Assembly (NCBI GenBank): GCA_964520645.1
Contig: CAZFND010000002.1
Span: 9,424-73,423 of the forward strand
Reading direction: 5' to 3'
Origin: an uncultured Candidatus Saccharibacteria bacterium
GTDB taxonomy: Bacteria; Patescibacteriota; Minisyncoccia; Phycocordibacterales; JAKAEA01
DNA: 64,000 nucleotides
Under the pieces are notes generated by a model that worked only from the letters and a program-made list of their open reading frames with translations, was not told where the DNA came from and did not search any database. Positions 47,879-56,261 of this stretch are shown here, piece by piece. The position numbers were made by a program, and so were the translations under genes. Numbering within the stretch: the stretch's first letter is position 1; every line of letters begins with the position of its first letter.

Positions 47879-48151
47879 TTATCTTACAGAATCCTTAAGA
47901 GCCTTTGCTGCTCTAAACTTAGGTACTCGCATTGCGGGTACATCTACCATTTCCCCCGTTCGAGGATTTCGAGCCTTTCGAGCTGCTCGCTGCTTTGCTG
48001 AGAAAATACCAAGACCTGCAATAGAGATTTCGTCGCCTTTCTTAAGCCCAGCAACTATTGTCTCAATCATTGTCTCGACTGCTTGCTCGGCCTGAACTTT
48101 TGTTCCACCAAGCTTTGCATGAACTGCGTCTACGATGCCTGCTTTATTCAT
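47879..48151 (-). CDS. hup: DNA-binding protein HU
   Basis: MNKA.., GLGIFS, ARNPRTGE, PKFRAAKALKD. Confidence 0.96.
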   Translation of the reverse strand: MNKAGIVDAVHAKLGGTKVQAEQAVETMIETIVAGLKKGDEISIAGLGIFSAKQRAARKARNPRTGEMVDVPAMRVPKFRAAKALKDSVR

Positions 48152-48256
48152 AAACTTATATTATTAAAGTTATTAATTCGACTTTGTAATGCTAATATAA
48201 TTATATATGAAGCCATTTTTCAAGCTAGTCCTTAAAAAATTACAAAACAAAATTAG

Positions 48257-49786
48257 CTACCTTGCAAATTCTATGATTCTTGTCTCTCGAATGACGGTAA
48301 CTTTGATTTCTCCAGGGTACTTGAGCTCACTTTCTATGCGCTGTGCAATGTCTCGAGCAACACTCTTTGCTTCAAGATCTGACATGTCGGCTGGATTGAT
48401 AAAAACCCTTATTTCTCGCCCTGCTTGGAGAGCATAGGCTTTTTCTACTCCCTTGAATGTTGTAGCAATTTTCTCTAAATCTTCGAGACGCTTGAGGTAA
48501 TTTTCGACAGTATCACGTCGTGCACCTGGTCGTGATCCAGAAATAGCATCTGCTGTTTGGACAATGACTGATTCAACAGTTTCATATGGATATTCATTGT
48601 GATGAGCCTGCATTGCCTTTATAATCTCCTCTGATGCACCAAACTTCTGAAGGATTCTTCGTCCGATTTCTACGTGAGTACCTTGTACTTCATGGTCTAC
48701 TGCTTTACCAATGTCATGGAGGAGGGCACCAGCTTTGGCTACTGAGACGTTTGCTCCCAATTCTTCTGCAATAATTCCTGCAACATGGGACATTTCTATA
48801 GAGTGCTGAAGAACGTTTTGGCCATAACTTGTTCTAAAATATAATCTTCCCAAAATGTGAACAATTCTAGGGTCCAAGTTGAAGACCCCACACTCGTATA
48901 CTGCAGCTTCACCCTTTTCTTTAATAGTTTTATTGATTTCATTCTTAGCCTTTTCTACCATTTCCTCAATCTTTGCTGGCTGAATACGGCCATCAGCAAT
49001 GAGTAATTCGAGAGCAACTCTCGCAATCTGTCTTCGTACAGGATTGAATGAAGAGATAGTGATAGAGCCTGGAGTATCATCTATGATAATTTCTACACCA
49101 GTTGCACGCTCAAATGCCTTTATATTTCGCCCTTCTTTTCCAATAATCTTACCTTTTATTTCATCTCCAGGAATTGGTACACTTGTTGCCATAACATCGG
49201 AAGAAACAGAGTTTCCAAGGCGTTGTATAGCGGTCGTAAGGATTTCTTGAGCTCTTTTTTCTAATTTTTCACTAGCCTGATGTTCTAATTTTTGAAGACG
49301 TACTAAGATATCCTCTTCATAATTCTTACTTGCAACCTTAATAAGCTCTTCTTTTGCTTCTTCTGTGCTTAGTCGGGCAATTTTTTCTAATTCTTTGAGC
49401 TTATTACTTTCAAGGCCATCTACTTTTTCTTTAATAGCCTTAATTTCAGCGATTTTTTGCTTAAGATTTTCAACTTCTCCATCAATATCTGTTTGTCGTT
49501 TGTCTAATAATTCTTCTTTTTTAATCAATCGGTCCTCAGTTTTCTTAAGCTTTTCTTCTTTTTCCTTTATTTCTAGCCGTACTTCACGAAGTGTATCGAG
49601 GGATTTCTTTTCAGCTTCAGCTGTTATTCTTTTGGCTTCTTCCTCGGCACCTCCTAATAAATGTTTGATATCTACTTCAATTGAGCTCTTTTTACGAAGC
49701 GCAATGAATATCCGCAAAAAATATCCTCCGACGACTCCACACACACTAGTGAGGAGTACTAAGAGGAATGCTAATGGTAATGACAT
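48257..49786 (-). CDS. rny: Ribonuclease Y
   Basis: N-terminal TM, coiled coil, KH (KGKIIGKEGRNI), HD (HDIGK), QAGREIRV. Confidence 0.97.
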   Translation of the reverse strand: MSLPLAFLLVLLTSVCGVVGGYFLRIFIALRKKSSIEVDIKHLLGGAEEEAKRITAEAEKKSLDTLREVRLEIKEKEEKLKKTEDRLIKKEELLDKRQTDIDGEVENLKQKIAEIKAIKEKVDGLESNKLKELEKIARLSTEEAKEELIKVASKNYEEDILVRLQKLEHQASEKLEKRAQEILTTAIQRLGNSVSSDVMATSVPIPGDEIKGKIIGKEGRNIKAFERATGVEIIIDDTPGSITISSFNPVRRQIARVALELLIADGRIQPAKIEEMVEKAKNEINKTIKEKGEAAVYECGVFNLDPRIVHILGRLYFRTSYGQNVLQHSIEMSHVAGIIAEELGANVSVAKAGALLHDIGKAVDHEVQGTHVEIGRRILQKFGASEEIIKAMQAHHNEYPYETVESVIVQTADAISGSRPGARRDTVENYLKRLEDLEKIATTFKGVEKAYALQAGREIRVFINPADMSDLEAKSVARDIAQRIESELKYPGEIKVTVIRETRIIEFAR

Positions 49787-49984
49787 GTTAAAGCGATACT
49801 TCGCCTTTTATACTGTAGAAGTAAGAGTAAATAGAATATGAAGTTTCAGTATGTTGGAATTTTTCATTCGAGTTTCTTGAGTACAATTACTGCCGCGCAT
49901 CAAAGCAAAGCCATCAATTAAATCTGATTAATGGCTTCATCATACAAGAATTATGAAACATTGTCTAATTAGACAGAAAAGATA

Positions 49985-50554
49985 CTAGAAAACTTTGTCG
50001 ATAATACCGTATTTCTTAGCCTCATCTGCGTCCATGAAATAGTCACGGTCAACATCTTTCTCTATCTGAGCAACAGATTTGCCGGTATTTTCTGCGAGAA
50101 TCTTATTAAGTCGCTCTCGAGTCTTGATAATTTGCTTTGCGGTAATCTCAATATCAGAAGCACGTCCTTCGGCACCGCCCCAAGGCTGGTGAATCATGAT
50201 TTCTGAGTTTGGAAGGGCAAATCGCTTACCTTTCTTACCAGCAGAGAGGAGAAGTGCGCCTGCAGAAGCTGCAATCCCTACGCACACAGTAGAAACATCA
50301 GGCTTAATGTGGTTCATGGTATCAAGAATAGCCAACGCAGATGTTACTGATCCTCCAGGAGAGTTGATATAAAGAGAAATATCTTTCTTTGGATCTTCTG
50401 ATTGAAGGAAAAGAAGCTGGGCGATGATAATATTAGCTACATTGTCGTCTATTGGGCCAGCAAGGAAAATAAGTCGCTCTCGGAGCAATCGTGAGTAAAT
50501 GTCATAGGCTCGCTCGCCAAATTGTGATTTTTCGATAACTGTTGGGATTAACAT
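49985..50554 (-). CDS. clpP: ATP-dependent Clp protease proteolytic subunit
   Basis: [25 protein letters not shown]. Confidence 0.98.
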   Translation of the reverse strand: MLIPTVIEKSQFGERAYDIYSRLLRERLIFLAGPIDDNVANIIIAQLLFLQSEDPKKDISLYINSPGGSVTSALAILDTMNHIKPDVSTVCVGIAASAGALLLSAGKKGKRFALPNSEIMIHQPWGGAEGRASDIEITAKQIIKTRERLNKILAENTGKSVAQIEKDVDRDYFMDADEAKKYGIIDKVF

Positions 50555-50626
50555 AGGTTATTTATATATATAAGTGAATGGGGACAGTATACTATTGGGG
50601 AGAAGTTTTGCAAATTATGCATAAAT

Positions 50627-50666
50627 ACCGCCTCACCCTAGCCCTCTCCTTACCAGGAGAGGGAAG
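50627..50666 (+). repeat. REP-like palindromic repeat, solo copy 3
   Basis: ACCGCCTCACCCTAGCCCTCTCCTTACCAGGAGAGGGAAG; core identical to the DUF559 flanks. Confidence 0.9.
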
Positions 50667-50704
50667 TCTTAGCTTTTACTGTAGTGTTACGCTATAATCT
50701 TCTC

Positions 50705-51067
50705 ATGACTCGATTAATTTCATTTATCGCTGGTATAGTACTTATTATTTTCTCAGTTGGGTATAGTTATTTATTTGGTAAAACGCATGATAGTCTTGAG
50801 GTTCTTACAATAGCAGGAATTCCTTTAATTATAGGTTTGTTTTTATCTCTTGTTCCTGCTATTTCTTATCTATTTAGAAATAATAAAAATCTTACTAAAA
50901 GTGTACACCCAGCAATAATATGGGGAATTTGGTTAGTTTTGTATGTTACTACTCCATTATCTGGTAATTACATGTTTATTGTAGGAAATGCCGCTCGAGT
51001 TTTCTTTGTGGTAGGAGTTTTATCTTTAATTACTTACCTAATGAATTCAAGAAAGAACACTAATTAA
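50705..51067 (+). CDS. Four-TM hypothetical membrane protein
   Basis: Four hydrophobic helices; AT-rich; likely start ATG 50705. Confidence 0.65.
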   Translation: MTRLISFIAGIVLIIFSVGYSYLFGKTHDSLEVLTIAGIPLIIGLFLSLVPAISYLFRNNKNLTKSVHPAIIWGIWLVLYVTTPLSGNYMFIVGNAARVFFVVGVLSLITYLMNSRKNTN

Positions 51068-51070
51068 TAC

Positions 51071-51826
51071 ATGCGTCTCCATCGATTTTTCATAGAAGAG
51101 CAGCTTCGCAATAAAAAAGAGATTACTATCTTGGAAGAAGAGCTTCTTCATCAGCTCAAGCATGTATTCAGGCTTAATGCTGGAGACAAGCTTATTCTTC
51201 TTGATAATTCTGGCTATGAGTACATGTCAGAAATCCTTTTGCTTACGAAGAGCAAAGCTGAAATAAAGATACTTAGTTCTGATCTTTCAGAAAACATTCC
51301 CAATACAGATAAAGAAGTGTGGCTTTTTGCATCTTTAATAAAGAAAGATAATTTTGAATGGATTATAGAAAAAACGACAGAACTTGGAATTTCGCATATT
51401 GTCCCAGTAATATCAGCTCGTACAGAAAAGAAAGAACTTAATATAGAACGAGCGCATAAGATTATAAAAGAAGCATCTGAACAGTCAGGAAGGGGAATAA
51501 TGCCTCTTTTACATGATACGAGAAATTTAGAGGATGCTATTGCGCATGCTCAAGAGCAAAATATTAATTTAATAGCATTTCATCTTGATGGTGATGCTTT
51601 TAATTTAGATCATGTATTACATAACCAGAGTAAGTTAGAAAAATCTTTAGGCATTTCATCGGAACATAAAAAATCGGGAATTCTTATTGGCCCAGAAGGA
51701 GGATGGAGTGATAATGAAATTCTATTATTTAAAACAAAAAATATACCCATCTATTCTATGGGCAAACAAGTGCTAAGAACTGAAACAGCGGCGATTGCAA
51801 TTTGTGCACTTATCTTATTAAAATAA
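51071..51826 (+). CDS. rsmE: 16S rRNA m3U1498 methyltransferase RsmE
   Basis: HQLKHVFRL, KTTELG, EASEQSGR, IGPEGG, LRTETA. Confidence 0.96.
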   Translation: MRLHRFFIEEQLRNKKEITILEEELLHQLKHVFRLNAGDKLILLDNSGYEYMSEILLLTKSKAEIKILSSDLSENIPNTDKEVWLFASLIKKDNFEWIIEKTTELGISHIVPVISARTEKKELNIERAHKIIKEASEQSGRGIMPLLHDTRNLEDAIAHAQEQNINLIAFHLDGDAFNLDHVLHNQSKLEKSLGISSEHKKSGILIGPEGGWSDNEILLFKTKNIPIYSMGKQVLRTETAAIAICALILLK

Positions 51827-51836
51827 ATACAGTATA

Positions 51837-52049
51837 ATGTTGAGTATGAAAAGCATAAAATTAGTATCTTTATTAGCAGTTGTATTTGTAATTGTAGACA
51901 TCATCATTCTTACTATTTTAAAAATAATGGGAAGTATTGATGCGACTCAATATACAGATACACTGACTAAATCATTAAGTATACTTGGTGTTGTCTATGT
52001 CGGTGTTCTTGTAATTTCTCTTGTTCTAAGTTTCTTCAGTTCTAAATAA
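51837..52049 (+). CDS. Small two-TM membrane protein
   Basis: Two hydrophobic helices; follows rsmE in the same orientation. Confidence 0.55.
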   Translation: MLSMKSIKLVSLLAVVFVIVDIIILTILKIMGSIDATQYTDTLTKSLSILGVVYVGVLVISLVLSFFSSK

Positions 52050-52121
52050 TTGACTTATCTTATTTAAGTTGTATAGTGTTATTGGAGTGAGTTTAATTAT
52101 ATAATCTTCATTAAGAAGGGA

Positions 52122-52409
52122 GTGTACCTTTTGACGACTGACTACAAAGAGTTTCCGACTGGCAGTAAGTGGGAGAGAGAGTATCGACAGAGAATCAAGG
52201 CAATTGTTGATCGAGCAAGGGCAGAAGAGGAGGCGAAGAAGGCAGGAATACCCAATACCACCGTTGAGATCAATCCTGAGCAGCAACCTCAGACACCAAT
52301 GCCGCCTCGATCGAAGATATCTCCCCAAAAAGTCTTGGCAATTTTGGGCGCAGAGAATCCGAAGATCCGTTGTGCTCGTCGTAGGACAGATGATCTTCCG
52401 AAAAAATGA
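52122..52409 (+). CDS. Orphan basic protein A
   Basis: Promoter TTGACT-N16-TATAGT (52050-52077), purine-rich RBS, terminator at 52419; start uncertain. Confidence 0.55.
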   Translation: MYLLTTDYKEFPTGSKWEREYRQRIKAIVDRARAEEEAKKAGIPNTTVEINPEQQPQTPMPPRSKISPQKVLAILGAENPKIRCARRRTDDLPKK

Positions 52410-52418
52410 ATACCAATA

Positions 52419-52448
52419 GGCCCGGGATGTAATCCCGGGCCAGTTTTT
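52419..52448 (+). terminator. Intrinsic terminator
   Basis: GGCCCGGGA-TGTAA-TCCCGGGCC followed by a T-run. Confidence 0.8.
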
Positions 52449-52557
52449 ATGTAAAGATCGTTACAAGTTGTTAATTGACTAAGTGTTTTTTAGTTGTAAA
52501 CTCTACAATAGATTTCTAAGGTATTATTCATTCACTTTCTTGTTGAAAGGATTCGGC

Positions 52558-52872
52558 ATGGCGAAGTGTCCTCGATGTGGCATGGAGCGGAAGAGAGGGC
52601 GACACATCTGCATCAATCCCACGGTTCCTCCTCGTTTGTCCAAATCGCAACGAAAGCTGAAGAAAGCAAGGGAAAGAAGAAGGGAAGAGGCTGCTGAACG
52701 TGAACAAAGAGTGGCAGCACTCATACAGAGCCAAAAGGTAGATCCTAATGAGCTTCGTTCTTGGAAATTTACCAAAACGCAGCTGCCACCCAAGCAACCG
52801 CCTTATGCAAAGGTTGTTGCAATTCTGAAAGCTGGAACACCTGCCGAAAGACAAGCACGAAAACGTGCGTAA
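52558..52872 (+). CDS. Orphan basic protein B with N-terminal CxxC..HxC motif
   Basis: GAAAGGA RBS, ATG 52558 (MAKCPRCG), promoter TTGACT-N16-TAAACT (52475-52502), terminator at 52886. Confidence 0.65.
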   Translation: MAKCPRCGMERKRGRHICINPTVPPRLSKSQRKLKKARERRREEAAEREQRVAALIQSQKVDPNELRSWKFTKTQLPPKQPPYAKVVAILKAGTPAERQARKRA

Positions 52873-52885
52873 TCTGTTCAATCAC

Positions 52886-52916
52886 AAACCCCACGCATGT
52901 GCGTGGGGTTTATTTT
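52886..52916. terminator. Terminator between protein B and tig
   Basis: AAACCCCACGCA-TG-TGCGTGGGGTTT. Confidence 0.8.
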
Positions 52917-52927
52917 ATATTTAGATT

Positions 52928-53989
52928 TTATTTTTGACTCTCCAACATCAGTATTACTTTTTCGCGGGTGAGAGTTGTATTGAGATATGTATTGATTGCG
53001 AGGGGATCGGCATCTTTGTATTGTGCCATGAGATGCTTAGCTTCGTGCTCAATAGTTTCTTTGTCGGCACTAATTTTTTCTTGAACAGCTATTGTATCAA
53101 GAATGACACTAAGCTTTGCTCGCTTTTCTGCATCGGGCAACCATTCTTTTCGTAAATCTTCAGGAGTCTTTTTGATATGCTTTAGGTAGTCTTCTACTTT
53201 GAGGCCCATACCCATGATATCTCCTTCAAACTGAGCAAACATTCTCTGAAGTTCGTTATCTATAAGTATTTGGGGAAGCTTAACATCGGTATCTGCAACG
53301 AGTTTTTCAAGAAGTTTAATTCGCTTCTTTTCTTTTGTGCGATGTTCTTTTTCTTTAAGAAGATTTTCTTTTGCTTTTGCCTTAAAGTCTGCAACATCAG
53401 TAAAGTTACCAAGAGTTTTTACAAACTCATCGTTGAATTCGGGCATATGCTTTGCAGTCTCTTCTTCAGAGTGATTGTGACCGGCATCTTTATTTACTTT
53501 ATGAAATTCTTGATGCGCTTTTTGTTTTCGTACTTCGGTAATAACATCTTCAATCTCTTTGTCAGTCACTTCGATCTTTTCATCTTTTTCTGCCATTTCT
53601 TTCTTGGCAATTTTTTTAAAATCAGGAAGTTTTACTTCAGGCATGACTGCAATTTTGATTTTGAATTCGATAGGATTGCCAGGAGCGAGCTTGGTAATTC
53701 CAATCTGTGGGCGACCAATAAAGTTGGGTGCATTTTTTTCAATAATCTCAGGAGCAACATCTTTGAATGCCATTTCTGCAGCTTCTTCAAGAATGTAAAT
53801 TTCTCCAACTTTTTCTACCAATACTTTTTCTGGAATATGACCCTTTCTAAATCCAGGAACATTGATACTCTCGCCAATATCTTTGAGAGCTTTTTTTCTA
53901 TATTCAGGAATAGCAGCAAGAGTAATTTCACCCGTGATTTCTACTTCAGAATTTTCTGTTTTTGTTACTTTTATGTTTTCGTATTTCAT
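52928..53989 (-). CDS. tig: Trigger factor (lacking the FKBP domain)
   Basis: VPGFRKGHIP signature; N-domain joins the C-domain after a short His-rich linker. Confidence 0.93.
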   Translation of the reverse strand: MKYENIKVTKTENSEVEITGEITLAAIPEYRKKALKDIGESINVPGFRKGHIPEKVLVEKVGEIYILEEAAEMAFKDVAPEIIEKNAPNFIGRPQIGITKLAPGNPIEFKIKIAVMPEVKLPDFKKIAKKEMAEKDEKIEVTDKEIEDVITEVRKQKAHQEFHKVNKDAGHNHSEEETAKHMPEFNDEFVKTLGNFTDVADFKAKAKENLLKEKEHRTKEKKRIKLLEKLVADTDVKLPQILIDNELQRMFAQFEGDIMGMGLKVEDYLKHIKKTPEDLRKEWLPDAEKRAKLSVILDTIAVQEKISADKETIEHEAKHLMAQYKDADPLAINTYLNTTLTREKVILMLESQK

Positions 53990-54010
53990 ACTAGCGTTTC
54001 TTTAGTGTTC

Positions 54011-54547
54011 TTATTTTTTATATTTAGTTTGGTAGAGTGAGATAGATTTTTTTACCGCTTCGAGTGCTGCCTTTTTGTCCATAACACTATTGATAGTAAC
54101 AGGAGCAGGCTTACCCTTGAGTTGCTTGTATGTTTCAAAGAAATGAGTAAATTCTTTGATCATGTGCTTGTTGAGATCAGGAAGATCTTGAGTATCATCC
54201 CATCGCTTATCTTCAACAGGGACAGCAATAACTTTGTAATCAGAATCTCCAGAATCAGTCATATCCATCACTGCTACAGGGCGCACTCTTACAAGAATAC
54301 CTGGAGCGAGAGGGAATGTAGTGAGGACGATCACATCAAGTGGATCTCCATCATCCCACAATGTCTGTGGAACATATCCATAATCAAATGGGTAGGGAGC
54401 GTACGAATAATTTGCTCGATCAAGTGCGATGAGACCTGTTTCTTTGTCGATCTCATACTTGTTAAAAGAACCCTTTGGAATTTCGATAATCGTATTAAAT
54501 TCCTCTGGAATTTTTTTACCGGCTGAAACATCGTGCCATAGATTCAT
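54011..54547 (-). CDS. ppa: Inorganic pyrophosphatase
   Basis: IEIPKGSFNKYE, DDGDPLDV, FFETYK. Confidence 0.96.
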   Translation of the reverse strand: MNLWHDVSAGKKIPEEFNTIIEIPKGSFNKYEIDKETGLIALDRANYSYAPYPFDYGYVPQTLWDDGDPLDVIVLTTFPLAPGILVRVRPVAVMDMTDSGDSDYKVIAVPVEDKRWDDTQDLPDLNKHMIKEFTHFFETYKQLKGKPAPVTINSVMDKKAALEAVKKSISLYQTKYKK

Positions 54548-54574
54548 GATATTTTTTAATTATTTTGTAATTAA

Positions 54575-55792
54575 TTATTCTGCGTCTACGTTTGCGTTGA
54601 AGTCTTTCAAATCTTTGAACCCCGCGTCTGCATCTGCAGGTTTTTTACCTTCTCCTTGTGCACTTCCTAGATTTTCTCCTTTTACTGATTGGATATCAAT
54701 TCTCCATCCTGTGAGCTTAGCTGCAAGGCGAACGTTTTGTCCTCCTTTACCAATAGCGAGAGACTGCTGATCTTCTGATACTTGTACTTGAGCTGTTTTT
54801 TCAGCTTCATTTACAGAGACACTTAATACTTTTGCAGGAGAAAGAGCATCTTCGATAAATTGCTTTGGATCTGCTGCCCATTCAATAATATCAATTTTTT
54901 CTCCACCGAGTTCACTCATAACTGTAGATACCCGTACTCCTCGCTGACCTACAAGAGATCCAACAGGATCAATATGAGAGTCAGTTGAATGTACTGCAAT
55001 CTTTGTTCGAGATCCTGCTTCACGAGCAACTGCTTTTATTTCTACAGTTCCAGCTGCAATTTCGGGAGCTTCAGTTTCAAAAAGCTTGATTAAGAATTTT
55101 GGATGAGAACGTGAAAGTCTCAAAAAGATTCCACGAGGAGTTTCTTCTACTCTGTAGAGATATGCTCGAAGTCGTTCACCTTGTCGATATCGTTCACCAG
55201 GAATTTGTTCTTCATAAGGAAGAATTCCACTTGCGCGGCCCATATCAACGAAAATGTTTCCTCGTTCGATTCTCTGAACAGTTCCAGAGACAATTTCACC
55301 TTCTCGCTTTCCGAATTCTCCAAGAACAGAAACTTTTTCTGCTTCACGAATCTTTTGGATAATAACCTGCTTTGCTGTCTGAGAAGCGATGCGGCCATAA
55401 TCATCTTTCATTTCAAGAGGGAAAACTACTTCTTCATCAATCTGAGCGTCCTTTTTAATTTTTCGAGCATCATTTAAGAGAATATGATGTTCTGGGTTGA
55501 AAATAATTTTATCATTCTCATCTTCTTTGATTTCAGGAATTTCGGGGATAGAACCGTCTTCATTTGGCATGATGATGTCTTTTTCATCCACGACAATTTT
55601 GACCTGATAGAATTCAGTCTTACCTGATTCAATATCAAATTTTGCCCGGACAATCTGTCCTTTTTTACCGTAGTCCTTTCGGTATGCGGTAGCGAGGGCA
55701 GCTTCAATAGCTTCAAGAATCTTAGCTTTTGGAATGCCTCGTTCTTCTTCGAGCTGATCGAGCACAGAGTGTATTACTTTTAAGTCAAACAT
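54575..55792 (-). CDS. nusA: Transcription termination factor NusA
   Basis: GRIASQTAKQVI, AREAGSRTK, SLAIGKGGQNVRLA. Confidence 0.97.
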   Translation of the reverse strand: MFDLKVIHSVLDQLEEERGIPKAKILEAIEAALATAYRKDYGKKGQIVRAKFDIESGKTEFYQVKIVVDEKDIIMPNEDGSIPEIPEIKEDENDKIIFNPEHHILLNDARKIKKDAQIDEEVVFPLEMKDDYGRIASQTAKQVIIQKIREAEKVSVLGEFGKREGEIVSGTVQRIERGNIFVDMGRASGILPYEEQIPGERYRQGERLRAYLYRVEETPRGIFLRLSRSHPKFLIKLFETEAPEIAAGTVEIKAVAREAGSRTKIAVHSTDSHIDPVGSLVGQRGVRVSTVMSELGGEKIDIIEWAADPKQFIEDALSPAKVLSVSVNEAEKTAQVQVSEDQQSLAIGKGGQNVRLAAKLTGWRIDIQSVKGENLGSAQGEGKKPADADAGFKDLKDFNANVDAE

Positions 55793-55813
55793 TATAATTT
55801 TTATTAATTTTTT

Positions 55814-55881
55814 AAAAAAAATGGCCCGCCGTGAGGCGAACTTGATTCCATAATAATAGGCTGGATTGGCGATTTTGTCAA
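55814..55881 (-). promoter_or_regulatory. nusA promoter and leader terminator/attenuator hairpin
   Basis: TTGACA-N17-TATTAT, then GTTCGCC-TCAC-GGCGGGC followed by a U-tract before the start codon. Confidence 0.65.
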
Positions 55882-55897
55882 TCTTTAGTATTTAACC

Positions 55898-55934
55898 AAA
55901 AAATAGCCCCCGTCGACACTTGTCGAACGGGGGC
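55898..55934 (-). terminator. Terminator of the small peptide gene
   Basis: GCCCCCG.TCGACA/TGTCGA.CGGGGGC stem followed by TATTTTTT on the minus strand. Confidence 0.85.
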
Positions 55935-55947
55935 AGAGATGTGAGCT

Positions 55948-56034
55948 TCACGGGATGCGGGAATGTCTGGCTTTGCGTAAGCCCGCGCTTACGATACCTG
56001 CCAGGATCACCAATGCGGTCAGGAACAGTCCCAT
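55948..56034 (-). CDS. 28-aa hydrophobic/basic small protein MGLFLTALVILAGIVSAGLRKARHSRIP
   Basis: GGAG RBS 7 nt before the ATG; promoter TTGACT-N17-TACATT (56103-56131); terminator after the stop; below the ORF-track cutoff. Confidence 0.65.
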   Translation of the reverse strand: MGLFLTALVILAGIVSAGLRKARHSRIP

Positions 56035-56145
56035 TGTCTTCACTCCATGAATAAGCCAGCGCGCAACCGTGCGCGCTTACAAAAGAGCTTACGTACTCGA
56101 GCAATGTAACATTGTATTTGATAATAGTCAAGTTATATAACCATA

Positions 56146-56187
56146 ACGCCTCACCCCTGGCCCCTCTCCTTACCAGGAGAGGGGAAG
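56146..56187 (+). repeat. REP-like palindromic repeat, solo copy 4
   Basis: ACGCCTCACCCCTGGCCCCTCTCCTTACCAGGAGAGGGGAAG. Confidence 0.9.
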
Positions 56188-56261
56188 TGGTTTTGTACTT
56201 GTCCCCACAGTCCTACAATCAATAGAAGAGTAAATTTGTTATACTTAAAGAAACTATCTCT

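Noticed and set aside
53270-54040. 256-aa plus-strand ORF
   Set aside because: It is the antisense shadow of tig; Phe-rich composition reflects the complement of Lys/Glu codons.
55892-56131. 79-aa minus-strand ORF from the track
   Set aside because: It starts within the -35 box and runs through the terminator; the 28-aa frame has the RBS and fits the transcript.
7233-56187. The four CCCTCTCCTTACCAGGAGAGGG repeats as a CRISPR array
   Set aside because: They are dispersed or inverted, not regularly spaced direct repeats with spacers, and no cas genes are present.
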